A stretch of 63,577 bases of DNA, filler included, from Octopus bimaculoides (taxonomy: Eukaryota): the NCBI RefSeq assembly GCF_001194135.2. It is 5 parts of 5 records of this genome, joined end to end, with 100 filler letters (N's around TTAATTAATTAA, not from the genome) between each part and the next. Parts side by side here need not be neighbours in the genome. Positions count along the whole stretch, not along the records: positions 1 to 31,030 come from NC_068985.1; 4 more parts are not named here. One strand, written 5' to 3'. Both the position numbers and the translations under genes were made by a program. Below are positions 1-11,915 of the stretch, in pieces (positions within the stretch are counted from its first letter, which is position 1; each line of letters opens with the position of its first letter). The notes under the pieces were generated by a model. It was not told where the DNA came from, ran no database searches, and was given only the letters and a program-made list of their open reading frames with translations.

Positions 1-1007
1 GTATTTGAATAGCTAGCGTTATATGATATTATCTATTGCAGAATATAGATATCTGAGGCAAATTTATGTAACAGTGTCTATTTTGATAGACACATAGCAC
101 AAACGAAATAAATAAGTGAAATATTGTCGACCGGGAGATTTACACATATATCCCTCAAAACAAATGCTTTTGGTCACATTTCTCAGCAGCATTATAACAA
201 AGATATGTTTACTAGCAGAGGAACGATTCAGTGTATGTAGACATCAACGGCACTTCTAACATCCGTATGCTCCCAGTGCAAACTGAGTCATTTTCAAGAA
301 GAACAAAATAAAAACCATGACAGATTTAAGTAAAATATTATATGTTAGAATTTTCTTCAGCAATGCATATTAAATTATTTAAGATGATATTAAAATGGAG
401 ATATTCCTGCGTATCGATACCGTGTCAATTTACTTTAACGCATATTTACGACTCGTGTATTACTTATAATAGAAGGCAAATGGAGTCATGCCTGCTGAAT
501 GGCTTTTTCAGATAAAGATAAATACATATCCATTAGATTAATTTACTTAGCGTAACCTCTAATAGGGTTTTAAAACTATGTCATAAGTTACTGTACTAGA
601 TAACATATTACATAATATATATATATATTTAAAGATGTGATATAGAAAGAGTAGAATCAATATTGACGTATGTTGACAGTCACTAGTTCATTGATTTAAC
701 TGGAATAGAGAGGAGGAAATGTGGTATTTATGCAACAATTTGGGATTCCATATCACAGAATATTTGTTGAGTTCATCGGTTTATAAGTTCACTTGGAGAA
801 GGCGATACTGTTTCATGATAACAGATATACATTAAAAAAATATAGACTTAATTAGAAGCTTACACAGTCACATGCACAATGTGTGGCAGATTGAGCAATT
901 GCTTGAATTGTGCTAGCATTCAGAATCAATAAGACATAGTATACAGGCCACTTCGGATTATCTAATATAACTGAAAGAATTTCAAACCCACACACGGTCA
1001 CGTGCGT

Positions 1008-1013
<6 letters not shown>

Positions 1014-1080
<67 letters not shown>

Positions 1081-1140
1081 CGAGCGAGCGTATGCGTGTG
1101 TGTTTGTCTTTGTATACATACATACATACATACATACATA
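1014..1140. repeat. (AG)n then (TACA)n microsatellites
   Basis: Direct reading; explains the ERERER and SLSLSL ORFs at 852-1203. Confidence 0.95.
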
Positions 1141-1206
1141 GCATATATGATGCTGTATGGTATAAAACTTATGAACATCTTATTTAAATATATATATATT
1201 TAAATA

Positions 1207-1488
1207 ATAAGGGTGAAAAATTGAATATTAATTTGATTAATATCAATTTAAAACCAGTGGCCTAGCATGCTGAAAAATCTAAAGATTCAGAAAAATTATT
1301 ACATACATATAAGAAGGATGACCACTAAGTGGACATCCAATATGCTAGATGTAGACCCCATTAGGTCTGACCACTAGGAAAATCTGAGAACAATCTTTCA
1401 GAAAAATCTTTTTTTAGTGGCCAGACCAGATGGGGTCTACATCTAGCATAAGGGATGTCCACTTAGTGATCATCCTTCTTACATGTAT
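1207..1488 (+). mobile_element. Unclassified interspersed repeat ending in a long fold-back
   Basis: Arms 1303-1377 and 1414-1488 are reverse complements (about 75 bp, few mismatches, 36-nt loop), followed by (TA)n. 1207-1330 is homologous to the reverse complement of 39137-39264. Confidence 0.7.
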
Positions 1489-2706
1489 TATATATATATA
1501 TATATATATATAGACCATATATAGGTATCAAACGCATATATGACTTTTAATGCTGACTTATATGAAACAGTTTCAAATTATTCACCCCTCTAGAATTTTC
1601 ATATTTAAGGTAGAAAATATCAACACAGATTGAACATTCAAAGCTGGTCTCCCATAATGTGTATATACAAATAACGCTAAACTTCAGATACAAAAAAAAA
1701 TAATGGAAGTCGTGTCACTGTTCTTATTATTCGAAATCTAGCAGAAATACAAATAATTAGACAGTGTTAACTGAATCTTCCATTAAATATTTGAATCCTA
1801 GTTGTTAGAAAATTCTAGTATTGTTTTATACTTTTATTCGCATAAACGCATAGACTGTAAGCGCAAGGATTAGGGAAAATGAATCTTTAATCTATTAGTT
1901 AACATCACATCTTTGTTGCTAGGCTTCAAAGCAAAGTAGTCTTAACATTGTTTTCTCGGATATGTTCATGTTTTTTCCACACAACATCACATATGTTTAT
2001 TTTATTTACTGCCAATAATTTAAGAATACACACATTTATGTCAAATATATCTGAATTGAATAACAGCGACCTCATGCTTCAAATTTTAATTTGATGAGAT
2101 TTGGGGAATTAATTTTCACTATCTCAAACAAAACTTAATGCCGCACTATATGGAACAGTGAATAAGGATAAACATATGCCTTCGAAAACGAGAAAGGAAA
2201 AAAAAAAAACCTAGGTTCGTGAAAGTGAGAAAACTAAACATATATAGCTCTCCGAATATCATATTAATGTAAATACGCAAAAGCATAGAATAAATGATGA
2301 CGCTATTTGAGTAAGAAAAAAAAAAAACACTTGCTCATGCGACTTAGAAGTGGAAATAAAATTGATACGTCACATATTAAGGATATCCTGCATGTTGATA
2401 TCCTGCATGTGCTATTGAGTTAAACGTATATGGTCCATATAAGTGGAATATATGAAAGCACGTATCTTGCACGTGGTTCTGCTTTATGAACAAGGATCGC
2501 ATCCTTTTTGTTTAAGCTGAGATTTAAGGCTGAAACCAGCAATGGAATGGTTTATGCTTCAGATCTGATTTAAAAAACTGAAATAGATTAACCTAGATAA
2601 ATTATAAACACAAACATGTAGCATGAAAGAACTAAAAGCAAATCTGTCTAAAATGTTTGCCATTTTTATAAACATTCAAAGTGCATTCGAAATTCCCCTC
2701 CACGTA

Positions 2707-2905
2707 TCAGATATCCCAGAAAGTCTCGACAGGCAGTCTCACGTTGTATTTGATACTCGTCATGTGTCCGACACTAGTCACCTTGACTAATCTCTCTTCC
2801 CCACAATATTTGCCGTCTGGTATCTGACCCAGCCTTATTAGTCTCACCAGTCTCAGAGTGTCTATAATGATCATGACATCCGCCTTTTCTCCCAGACGCA
2901 AGAAG
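2707..2905 (-). mobile_element. Possible degenerate LINE (RTE-type) AP-endonuclease fragment
   Basis: GC-richer island. KADVMIII...GKYCGEER...VETFW loosely resembles the RTE endonuclease pattern DxxIxxGDxNA...GKxGxGxRN...NTxF; key residues are missing. Confidence 0.25.
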
Positions 2906-3444
2906 TAAAATAAACAAATATTAATTAATTATTATGACAATACTTCATGAACATCACACAGCATAAAAACGAAAGAAAGCATACTAAATGTAAAACAGTG
3001 TTACGAATAAGGGAGGAAATATTTTCTCAATTATTATGATGTCAAATAATTTAGTCCAGGATATAATTTACAATTAACCTTACTGAAAGAGTTCAACTGT
3101 TTTCATGCATTGTTAAAAAAATCAATGACGTGTATCGCTGTATTACAGACTATAGTATTCCGAAAGAAGTTGTATTCAATTACTGTTGGAAGTTAAAAGC
3201 GAATTTTAACTAAAAACGGTTTCTATATTTTAATTCTGTCTAAATCGATGTAAACACGGCTTTTAAAGTAATTCTCATATTTGTCTGCAAATGATAACTT
3301 ACAATATATTTTAATTCTGCGTAAAGAGGAATTTCAATATAATTATTTAACTCACTACTTTCAAAACGTACTCAGCGCCGTATATGATCGACTGGTATTT
3401 CCAGTAAATATACCACTATTCTATAGTTCTATCTATGTATATAC

Positions 3445-3476
<32 letters not shown>

Positions 3477-4091
3477 NNNNNNNNNNNNNNNNNNNNNNNN
3501 NNNNNNNNNNNNNNNNNNNNNNNNNNNNNNNNNNNNNNNNNNNNNNNNNNNNNNNNNNNNNNNNNNNNNNNNNNNNNNNNNNNNNNNNNNNNNNNNNNNN
3601 NNNNNNNNNNNNNNNNNNNNNNNNNNNNNNNNNNNNNNNNNNNNNNNNNNNNNNNNNNNNTATATATATATATATATGCAAAGTTTAGGTTGAATTATCT
3701 TTGTGAAATAATCCTCTCTGTCCACACACACATATACTTACACACACACACACACACATATTCTTGTCCACTTTGGTTGGTAGTATGTATTAGAAAATTC
3801 CGGTTACATTATGTTTTATTGAATTTATGTTCCTTTACACTGAATGGTTTTCTTCATATTCTACCAGAACAGATATGTTATGTTCTGAAATCTTGGTTAC
3901 GTGTTGTAGTTTCCTTCTGACGATGGCCGCTATTGTTTCTCTTTCGGTTAGTCCACAGATCTTCTTCATCGTTTGTAGTATGCTATATTTCCATTGTTTG
4001 ATTGTATATCAACATTACACACGCAATATTAACACATTGACACTGTTTTTGCAAACATCACATTATATTCAACCAATAGCCTATCTTCATT

Positions 4092-4263
4092 ATTTACATT
4101 CGACGGATATTTGTCCTCATCTTCTTTAACGCAATGTTTCGGCTGATATACCCTCAGGTGTCTTGGGGAAATTTAGGCTGATATACCTTCAGGTGTCTTG
4201 GGGGAAATTTCGAACCTGGGTTCTCATTCCTAAGGTATATTTCGAGTTATTATTATTATTCTT
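4092..4263 (-). mobile_element. Hammerhead-bearing repeat family H2, damaged copy
   Basis: Matches 15262-15413 and 15547-15698. About 11 nt of the ribozyme core are deleted and a 37-bp unit (ggctgatataccYtcaggtgtcttggggaaattt) is tandemly duplicated; ends in (TTA)n. Confidence 0.8.
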
Positions 4264-4389
4264 GAAGAATTTACTCTACCGGTCTCATGCTGCACCGCTA
4301 CGTTACGGTGATATAAGCACTCCAGTAACGTTTGTTAGATGTTGGTGGAGCGACATACAGAGACACAAAGATACATACACGCATATATA

Positions 4390-4600
4390 TCGCTGACCGG
4401 GTGTGCATTGTTGGCGATTTTCTTTGTCTGTCTTCCCTTCTTTAGACTTTTCCTATATTTCTGATGAAGAGCTCCGCTCGAAACGTGAAATCCTCTTTCA
4501 TTTCTTTCCCTTCCTGAGCGTCCAATAAACACTGTACTTTTTCCACGTCCTCGCGTTGATGTTTTACTTGTGTTTTGTTCTTGCTTGTTCATGTTTGTAT
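4390..4600 (+). mobile_element. Hammerhead-bearing repeat family H1 (Penelope pLTR or retrozyme-like)
   Basis: Shares the downstream sequence ttcctgagcgtccaataa...cacgtcctc with 24180-24331 and contains the hammerhead core. Confidence 0.65.
4455..4491 (+). ncRNA. Minimal type I hammerhead ribozyme motif (H1)
   Basis: attt-CTGATGA-a-GAGC-tcc-GCTC-GAAAC-GTg-aaat: core, 4-bp stem II, palindromic ACGT helix III and 4-bp stem I. The cleavage triplet is GUG, which is disfavoured. Confidence 0.7.
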
Positions 4601-4646
4601 ATATATATATATATATATATAATATATGCTTATATATACATATATA

Positions 4647-4803
4647 AACGAGGGGTACTTTCAGTTTACGTCTACCAAAGCGACTCACGGGGATTTGATC
4701 GGCACGAGGTTATAATAGACGACATTTGGCAAAGACACCACGTAGTCGGACCGAACGGGAAACATGTGGTTGGGAAGCAAGCCTTTTACCACACAGTCAT
4801 GCG
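4647..4803 (-). mobile_element. SINE family C, 5' part, diverged
   Basis: Homologous to 62532-62685 (tttcagtttccgtctaccaaa...catgtggttgg...taccacacag). Confidence 0.8.
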
Positions 4804-5234
4804 ATTCAGTTAGACTTGTTTGACTTTTCTATTTATTTCTTCTTCGCGCACTATGCGTGCGTGCGTGCGTGTGTGTGTGTGTGCGTGTGTGTCTGTGTGC
4901 TGTGTGTGAATCACATGTGATACGTATAACAATACGTTTCCAGTTGTTCCTGCTTGGATCCTTCTGTTTGTCATATATTTGTCAAAGCATTCCATTTTTC
5001 CAAAATGTTACAAATGCACACAAACTAAATTTTCCTTCAGGAACATAATCTGTGCAATACAAAAGAACTTCTTCGCTAAGTCCAATATGGTTCTTATAAC
5101 AACAGCTCCTTCATTTCTAGCTTCATTACTTGTGTCTTTGTAAATGGTGATATGGAGTTGCATTTCAGATTATGTGGAAAGATTTGTAAACGATATGGCG
5201 GAGGTAAAGAATATGAATTGCACTCCCTTTAGGA

Positions 5235-5430
5235 TTTTTTGTACAGGAATACACTATATCTAGGGCGGATATTCAGAATCTGCAAAAGTATCTCCATTTC
5301 AATTTTTTTAAAAAGGTGAATATTTAAGAAATCGGACGGGGAAGTGGGCGGAATCTAAATTTTGAAATGCAGATTTTTTTTGTAGATTCCGTATCTCCAC
5401 CCTAGATAAAGTGTGTCCTGTTAAAAAAAA
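5235..5430. mobile_element. Palindromic MITE-like element
   Basis: 5235-5305 (acaggaatacactatatctagggcggatattcagaatctgcaaaa) is an imperfect reverse complement of 5357-5430, with a spacer of about 50 nt. Confidence 0.65.
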
Positions 5431-6752
5431 AAAAGTCCCAAAGAGAGTACGATCCGTGATGCTTACCTCCGCCGACGAAAGCCATAATTTTTGTTGATAA
5501 TGATTTCTTGTTGCTGCTTGCGTTTTATCTCCTTTTACGTCTGGTTCTCCCATTCTTTCTATTCAATGGTGACCAGGTCGTAGTTATTATTTTTGCGATT
5601 GATTATATTTCTCTTGTTCTTGATGCGGTCGTTGATGTGTCGTACGCCCACGATTTTTAGTACAAATATTGTTTTCTTTTCTAAACTAAATGGTTATATG
5701 TTATTTTCTTTTGGTTCATTTTTACGATCTATTGATGAAGTGCTTTTTTTCTTGTTTTTCTTTCCACTGTTTATTTCAGAAAATAACATGTTGAAATGAA
5801 TATTATATTACTGCAGCAACTTCTAGGATGAGTGATTACACTATACAGATCATCGTTAAATTAGCAAACCCCGTAAAATCTATTGATTAAGCAGGAAATT
5901 CCATGTCAGAAAGACATATTTACCCCTGTTCGGGTTGAATAGAATATCTCACAACAGTTGAACAGTTAACTATACGATGATAAACAACAACTACAACAGC
6001 AGTTGTAAGCTCAGGCTTCTCTTTTGCAGATGAAAAATATAGTGTTACTATAAATACAAGCACAAATATATGCGTCAATTTTGCATGCGAGAGATTGCCG
6101 CGTTCTTTGATCGAAGTGCAATAAACATTTCATAAAATCAATGTCTTCTTGCCTGAAAAACGCATGGAGAACAGTACAAGTAGGTAGATAATTATGCTTC
6201 TTAAAACCGGTTAGATTCTGTAAGGGCTGAAATAGGCAGTAGTAAAAAGATATAGCCATCACCCATTTCATTTGGATTCAATGAAAGTTATAAAACACAA
6301 AATTTAGACAATTCTGACGAAGCTGTGTAAACATTGAGTTGTTCACGGAGTAGCAGAGAACCATGTAAAAAGAAATAAAAGTCTAGCTTTACTGTGAGAA
6401 GCTGAGCTACGAATTTATAAACATGAATACCAATTCAAGTTGAGATTTATAGGTAGACCGAAGGAACATAAAATAAATAACACATCGCTGTTTGCATAGT
6501 AACACAAACCCGGCCTCAGATACCAGAATCTGATTTACGGGATTTCCCATAAAAATAATTCAAGCTCTGAAGTAGTTTTCCATTGTTTCAGGTGACCTGC
6601 AGAGCTTAATAATCTATTTCACAGGGTAGAAGAATGATTGAGAGGAATTAAATGATACATACATGCACATATATGTCTGTATGTATGTNNNNNNNNNNNN
6701 NNNNNNNNNNNNNNNNNNNNNNNNNNNNNNNNNNNNNNNNNNNNNNNNNNNN

Positions 6753-6796
<44 letters not shown>

Positions 6797-7129
6797 GGTA
6801 TGTAGTAGTGCAATACAATAGTATTGCTGTCTTGTAAAACAAAGTATCATAAGGTTAAAGTGTAAATATTGAATTATGATACAACTGATGTAGCAACATT
6901 CGACATTTTGTTTTGCTAAATATAACTAAGGGGAATTAATCACATTTAAGTTAAGAAAAGTATTTTGAGTATATACGCGAATGCAGTTAACATACATGAG
7001 TTTCGTATGCGTATGTATGTGTTGATGTATGTAAATGTCTCTATACATGTTTGAATATATGCATATGTATACTTCTTCACAAATATACATTCTTGTACTA
7101 CTAATTAGTGACCCATAACCTATATTTCC

Positions 7130-7765
7130 AAATTTTTATTCAACCATTTTAGTATCCAAGCCCTGCCCTTCATTTAAGCTCTATCACTACATACCTCACA
7201 CACCTTTACTCTTTACCCTCTTGTCACTTTACACACTCATCTCTTTCTCGCTCTCTCTCTCTCACACCATCTCCTCTCCGTTCTTTCTATTAACTTAACC
7301 TGATTGACCAATAGCCAGTACACTTTCTCTTCCTTTCTTTATTATCTTCCCCCATTTTTTCTCTCTTCCTTTTTTTACTCTCTTCTTGTTTTTGATTTGA
7401 CCTTACAAAAACATTCCCAAATTTAAAGTCACTTTAAAAAACCCTCGATCGAATAACACCGTTTACAAGACTCTATGCTTGGAACGACCAATTACAAATA
7501 TCATTGGAACTCACACACAAGGTACAGGAACCTTATATGTATACCATTCTGCTTAAATAATGGAACTGGAGATACAATATCCTTACGTATCTCACGTCTG
7601 TTTTCATTCCTCCACTTTACTCTGTATTTGATATCTTCTCTTTAGTAACTATTGCTTAACCATTTTCTCGCACCGTCTCTGATGAAGAGATATATAGAAT
7701 ATACCGCAAACAATTGTAAGATCTCTTTATAAATGTTCTGAAATATTTCACAGCCTTGGATCTTT
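7130..7765 (+). mobile_element. Probable Penelope-like element terminal remnant with degenerate hammerhead (H3)
   Basis: Pyrimidine-rich block followed by gtct-CTGATGA-agagatat..atatacc-gcAAAC-aatt-GTA-agat at 7675-7722. Stem I is gtct/agat, helix III is the palindrome ACAATTGT, and GAAA is damaged. Confidence 0.45.
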
Positions 7766-7784
7766 TATCTCATTTTCTTAATTT

Positions 7785-7836
<52 letters not shown>

Positions 7837-9134
7837 CTCACAGATATGTGAAATCACAGCCGCATTGAGAACATCTGTCTATTGAAATATTATACAATTG
7901 CACAAGTAAACACAGACATCGAACTAATTATACTTTTTTTGTTTAACTCAACAACACATACCCCTAAAATGTGCGCATGGTTACAGTGTAAGTAAGTGGA
8001 TAGGTGACACTGTAAACTTTGATTTTTTCTCCAACTCAGAGTAGAATTGTAAACTGAATTTAATTTGAACTCTGAAGATAACAGTTCATAAATAATTACC
8101 GTAAGGCATTTAATCTCAAGTTTTAACGATTCCGTCAATCAATAGCTTTTCCGTTCTGTTTCAGGTAATAACAACAGCATTAAATAAGTCTATGTTTAAT
8201 GATTTACGTGCGCCTAAGTAAATGAGATTCTGTGTAATACGGTAATTAAAAGGCTACACAATGTTTCCAGCACTAATGCCGTTCTAATATGGCAGTTAAC
8301 AAAGTATTCAATATAATCACTGATACAATGTATTGCACAATTGTTTTTGGCCGCTCAATAAAGCTGTTCAGAATATAAACTTAATAGGCTACCCATGTAC
8401 TCTAAACTGACAAACGTTTTCTCCATTATATTAAACGGTGCATGGTAGACCCATTCTAACAATTTCTAAAACAACTGATAATTAAATAACTTTCTAATGG
8501 CATTGAACGTACTCTCGTCTCTTTAATCTATTAAAGCTTGACTGAAAACAAATAGAAATCTTTAATTATAATACACAAATAAATCTTTTGATATAACATT
8601 TTAATCTAATTATTAACATCCCTTACAACAATTTTAGTGTTGTTGTTTTGGTAAGCTGTGGTGAAATAGGATGATCAAATTTACAATTTAGTTAAATAGC
8701 CTTCAGAAAACGGATTACGTTTGCGAAACGTAAGAACATAATAACGTTTGACAGTGTCACGTTATAGGTAAATACATTAATAGACTTGTTTTGGTGGGTG
8801 TGATTAATCGGTGAGAAAGAATATTGATGATGAAAGTTGAAAGGAGTGGCTTACGACTTAAAGGAAATAACATGAATGTCTTGTTTAAATGTCGTATACA
8901 AATTACAACAAGCCGGGCAGTTTATTGCTCTGCCGAGCACATAGACTACTTTCTGCGGAATTTCGTCTCTTGCAAATATTTCATTGGCGTTCCCGCTTTA
9001 CCTATAAATTCCCCTCCCAGTCTCTGAGCTTCAAATTATAGGTCCACGAGTAAATATTGTAGTGGTCTTATAGTTTTCCCAAGCCCCGTTAACGAACTCG
9101 GGTTTTCAATCAGGCCTTGCGCGATGTCCTTAAG

Positions 9135-9162
9135 GCCAGGAACTTTTCAGCATTCTCTCCTA
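9135..9162. mobile_element. Mariner-type TIR, same as the MITE at 38886-39068
   Basis: gccaggaacttttcagcattctctcc-TA matches 39043-39068; the partner TIR is not clear. Confidence 0.4.
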
Positions 9163-10834
9163 TAACATTTTGCTTTCCATTCTAGCTGAAATCTAAAGCC
9201 ATCCCATTATAGCACAAAAAGAGAAAACACTTGCAAAGTACATCACGTTGGATCATTTCCTCTACAGATATATTCATGTTGGTTGGCGAAAAGTACCACA
9301 TAAATCTGTTGAAGTTCAAAGATATCTTATTGGTAACGATTATTTTAAACTCCGTTTTATATCCGCAAATCTAGTTTCCAAACTTTAAAGAGATATATGA
9401 GTTTTCTCAACACTGCTCAATTTTACTTATCTCTGTGGAAATGGAATGTTCTGCAAGTGTTGCACATAATACAATGACGTCCGACGCACAAGTGAGAATA
9501 TATCTATCTTACATACAGGCTGTTCTGTTATATCTAATAGAGAACCAGTTGCGATATTGATGTCTAGAAATGCCGTAAGTGTGTAGACTACCATGAATAA
9601 CCATCAATGGTTCTTGAGAATCATTGTCTCTAGATACACAATGTTAGTAAAATAAAAATTCAAATATATCTGACTTTTTTATCTTTATTCAAAATGTGGT
9701 AATCTATATAACATGTTTATCATAAAGATCAAAGAAATAATTTCTAAAATCTATCATTGTCTCAGTTTCACTGACACCATATAATGCGGGAATTATGGTT
9801 TGGATGCTACTCATGTGAGATTTGGTTTCTCAGGTTATCTAACGCTATATTGACTAACAAATTATTTAAATTTTCTAGATGTGTAAGATATGATACATCA
9901 TACATATTGATATGCATAAAATCGACCAAAACGTTGATAATCAGTAGGCATATCTAATTCAACACATATAATTCTTAATATATTAAAAATCTAGAAATCT
10001 ACATTACCATTTATAGTGAATTTCATATAATATATTGCATCATTTAAAATTCATATGTCTGATATAAATTTCACTGATGTATATTCACTGAGAATCTACT
10101 GATATCATATCATAAACAAGAAAACGTGAGCAGAATACTTATATAATAAAACACATTTGTCTATTATATCAGTAAATATTATCTTTAAAGAAACCAAACA
10201 GGAACAATAACGGCTTCAAAAAATATAAACTAAAAGAATAGTTATGGAATAATGGTAAATATATATTTGAAGCATCAACCTATAAATTTCATGGATTTAG
10301 AAACTTCCATTATCACTAAATAAGCTATAAAACATTCCACAATTTGTATTTTACTTGTTTTTACTGATTTTTCATATTCTATCTTCAAAAATCCTATCAT
10401 GAATTGCCCATATACACTATAAAATGAATCAGCAATGTTTATATTCGTTATATATGTTTTGGGGATGTAGATACAATGTTTACCGAAGAAGATATAGCTG
10501 CAGGCATAAACATTTTATTAGTCATTGAGGCAAAATATTTGTTGTTAATTACACTCCCAAATTCTGTAAGGAATTTATTTTGAGGTCTCTGCCTGATATT
10601 GCGTATATAAATGACTGGTGTTCAGCCATTCGTGTAGAAAATGCGCTGTGAATTTCCGTTGATTACGTTGTCAGTATAAATTTGCGTTACAGGCACAAGT
10701 AGCCCTTTACAAGTATGGAAAACAAAAAATAGGCGGCAGGAACACATTAGTGACTTTTATATAAACGTCGATATTGCAGTTTAGATGGTTAATATCTAAT
10801 CTTTATACTGGTCATGTATAACAGCAGACATGTG

Positions 10835-10835
<1 letters not shown>

Positions 10836-10891
<56 letters not shown>
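10836..10891. repeat. (ATT)n microsatellite
   Basis: Direct reading. Confidence 0.95.
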
Positions 10892-10895
<4 letters not shown>

Positions 10896-11200
10896 TCCGC
10901 CTTCCCTAAGGTGAAGGTATTGTTTTCAGTCGTGTTCGTTTGCCTGTTCCTTTGTTCCTCAACAAGATATCTGAAGCACTGCTGGATGGATTCTGATGAA
11001 ACGTTCAAGGATGTTTGGCCTCGTGAACGGCGCAAACTGATTAGATTTTGGGATGAATTTGTTACCAGACAAGGATTATGGATTATTTTTTTAATCTTTG
11101 AGAGCTTTCGGGTTTATTTTTTAGCATTCTCGTTTGTGAGTACGGTCGAGTTTATTTCAGATATTCTCATTTAAAAAATCATCTCTGGCTAATCGTTGGT
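10892..11200 (+). mobile_element. DINE-1/HINE-like (Helentron-associated) non-autonomous element
   Basis: Terminal hairpin tacctccgcctt-ccct-aaggtgaaggta, then gtttg-rich repeats and the core gatatctgaa..ctggatggattctgatgaaac..gattagattttggg typical of this class. The 3' end is not resolved. Confidence 0.5.
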
Positions 11201-11297
11201 GGATGATATGATAATAGCGATTTCTATAGTTTCTTTAATTCGTTGGATAAGTTCTGGTACTTAGATATGTTTTCTATATCTCTCATATCGATTTATT

Positions 11298-11392
11298 TCG
11301 TCATTTTGGGTTTGATAAATTAAGTACCGTTTGAACACTAGGGTCGATGTAATCGACTCATCTCCCCCAAAATACCTGCACTTGTAAAACCG

Positions 11393-11449
<57 letters not shown>
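11298..11449 (+). mobile_element. SINE family B, 3' fragment with (ATT)n tail
   Basis: gataaattaagtacc...gggtcgatgtaatcgactca matches the other B copies. Confidence 0.8.
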
Positions 11450-11847
11450 GATGAAGTTATTATTTAATGAATTCAAATGGCGAGCATTTGAATATAAAGG
11501 AAATAAAGTTTAATTACAAACATTGTTAGACCAAACACATGAAAGCAATCGATTTTGATTCAATTCATTTTCATTATTTGACACAAAAACAAACTCAAAT
11601 GTATTCTTTATCAAAGTGAGATGGAATTAGACGTTTATAAATAATTTATTATAAAAGCAACCCAGGAGAATAATGAGAACGCTATCATTACGCAAATGTG
11701 TCTAGCATATTACGGAAGAAAAATGATTAAATATTTTCTGCTTTGTACAAGAGCGATCGGCGATCTGAAGGTTTCTTCCAACGTTTATATCCCCCTGCCA
11801 AATAAATTTAAAATAAAATGCTTTTTTTTCCAATTATTACTAGTTTT

Positions 11848-11915
<68 letters not shown>

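Noticed and set aside
6013-6125. Strong acceptor-like cttctcttttgcag (similar ones at 2700, 6585, 8160 and 25290)
   Set aside because: Downstream frames close quickly or encode nothing recognisable; no consistent exon chain.
6492-6515. ttgcatagtaac resembling the miR-153 5' end; tgaaagacat at about 60857 resembling miR-71
   Set aside because: Similarity stops after 10-12 nt and there is no precursor hairpin.
10992-11005. CTGATGAAACGT inside the HINE-like element
   Set aside because: No stem II between the core halves. CTGATGA alone is expected several times by chance in 63 kb.
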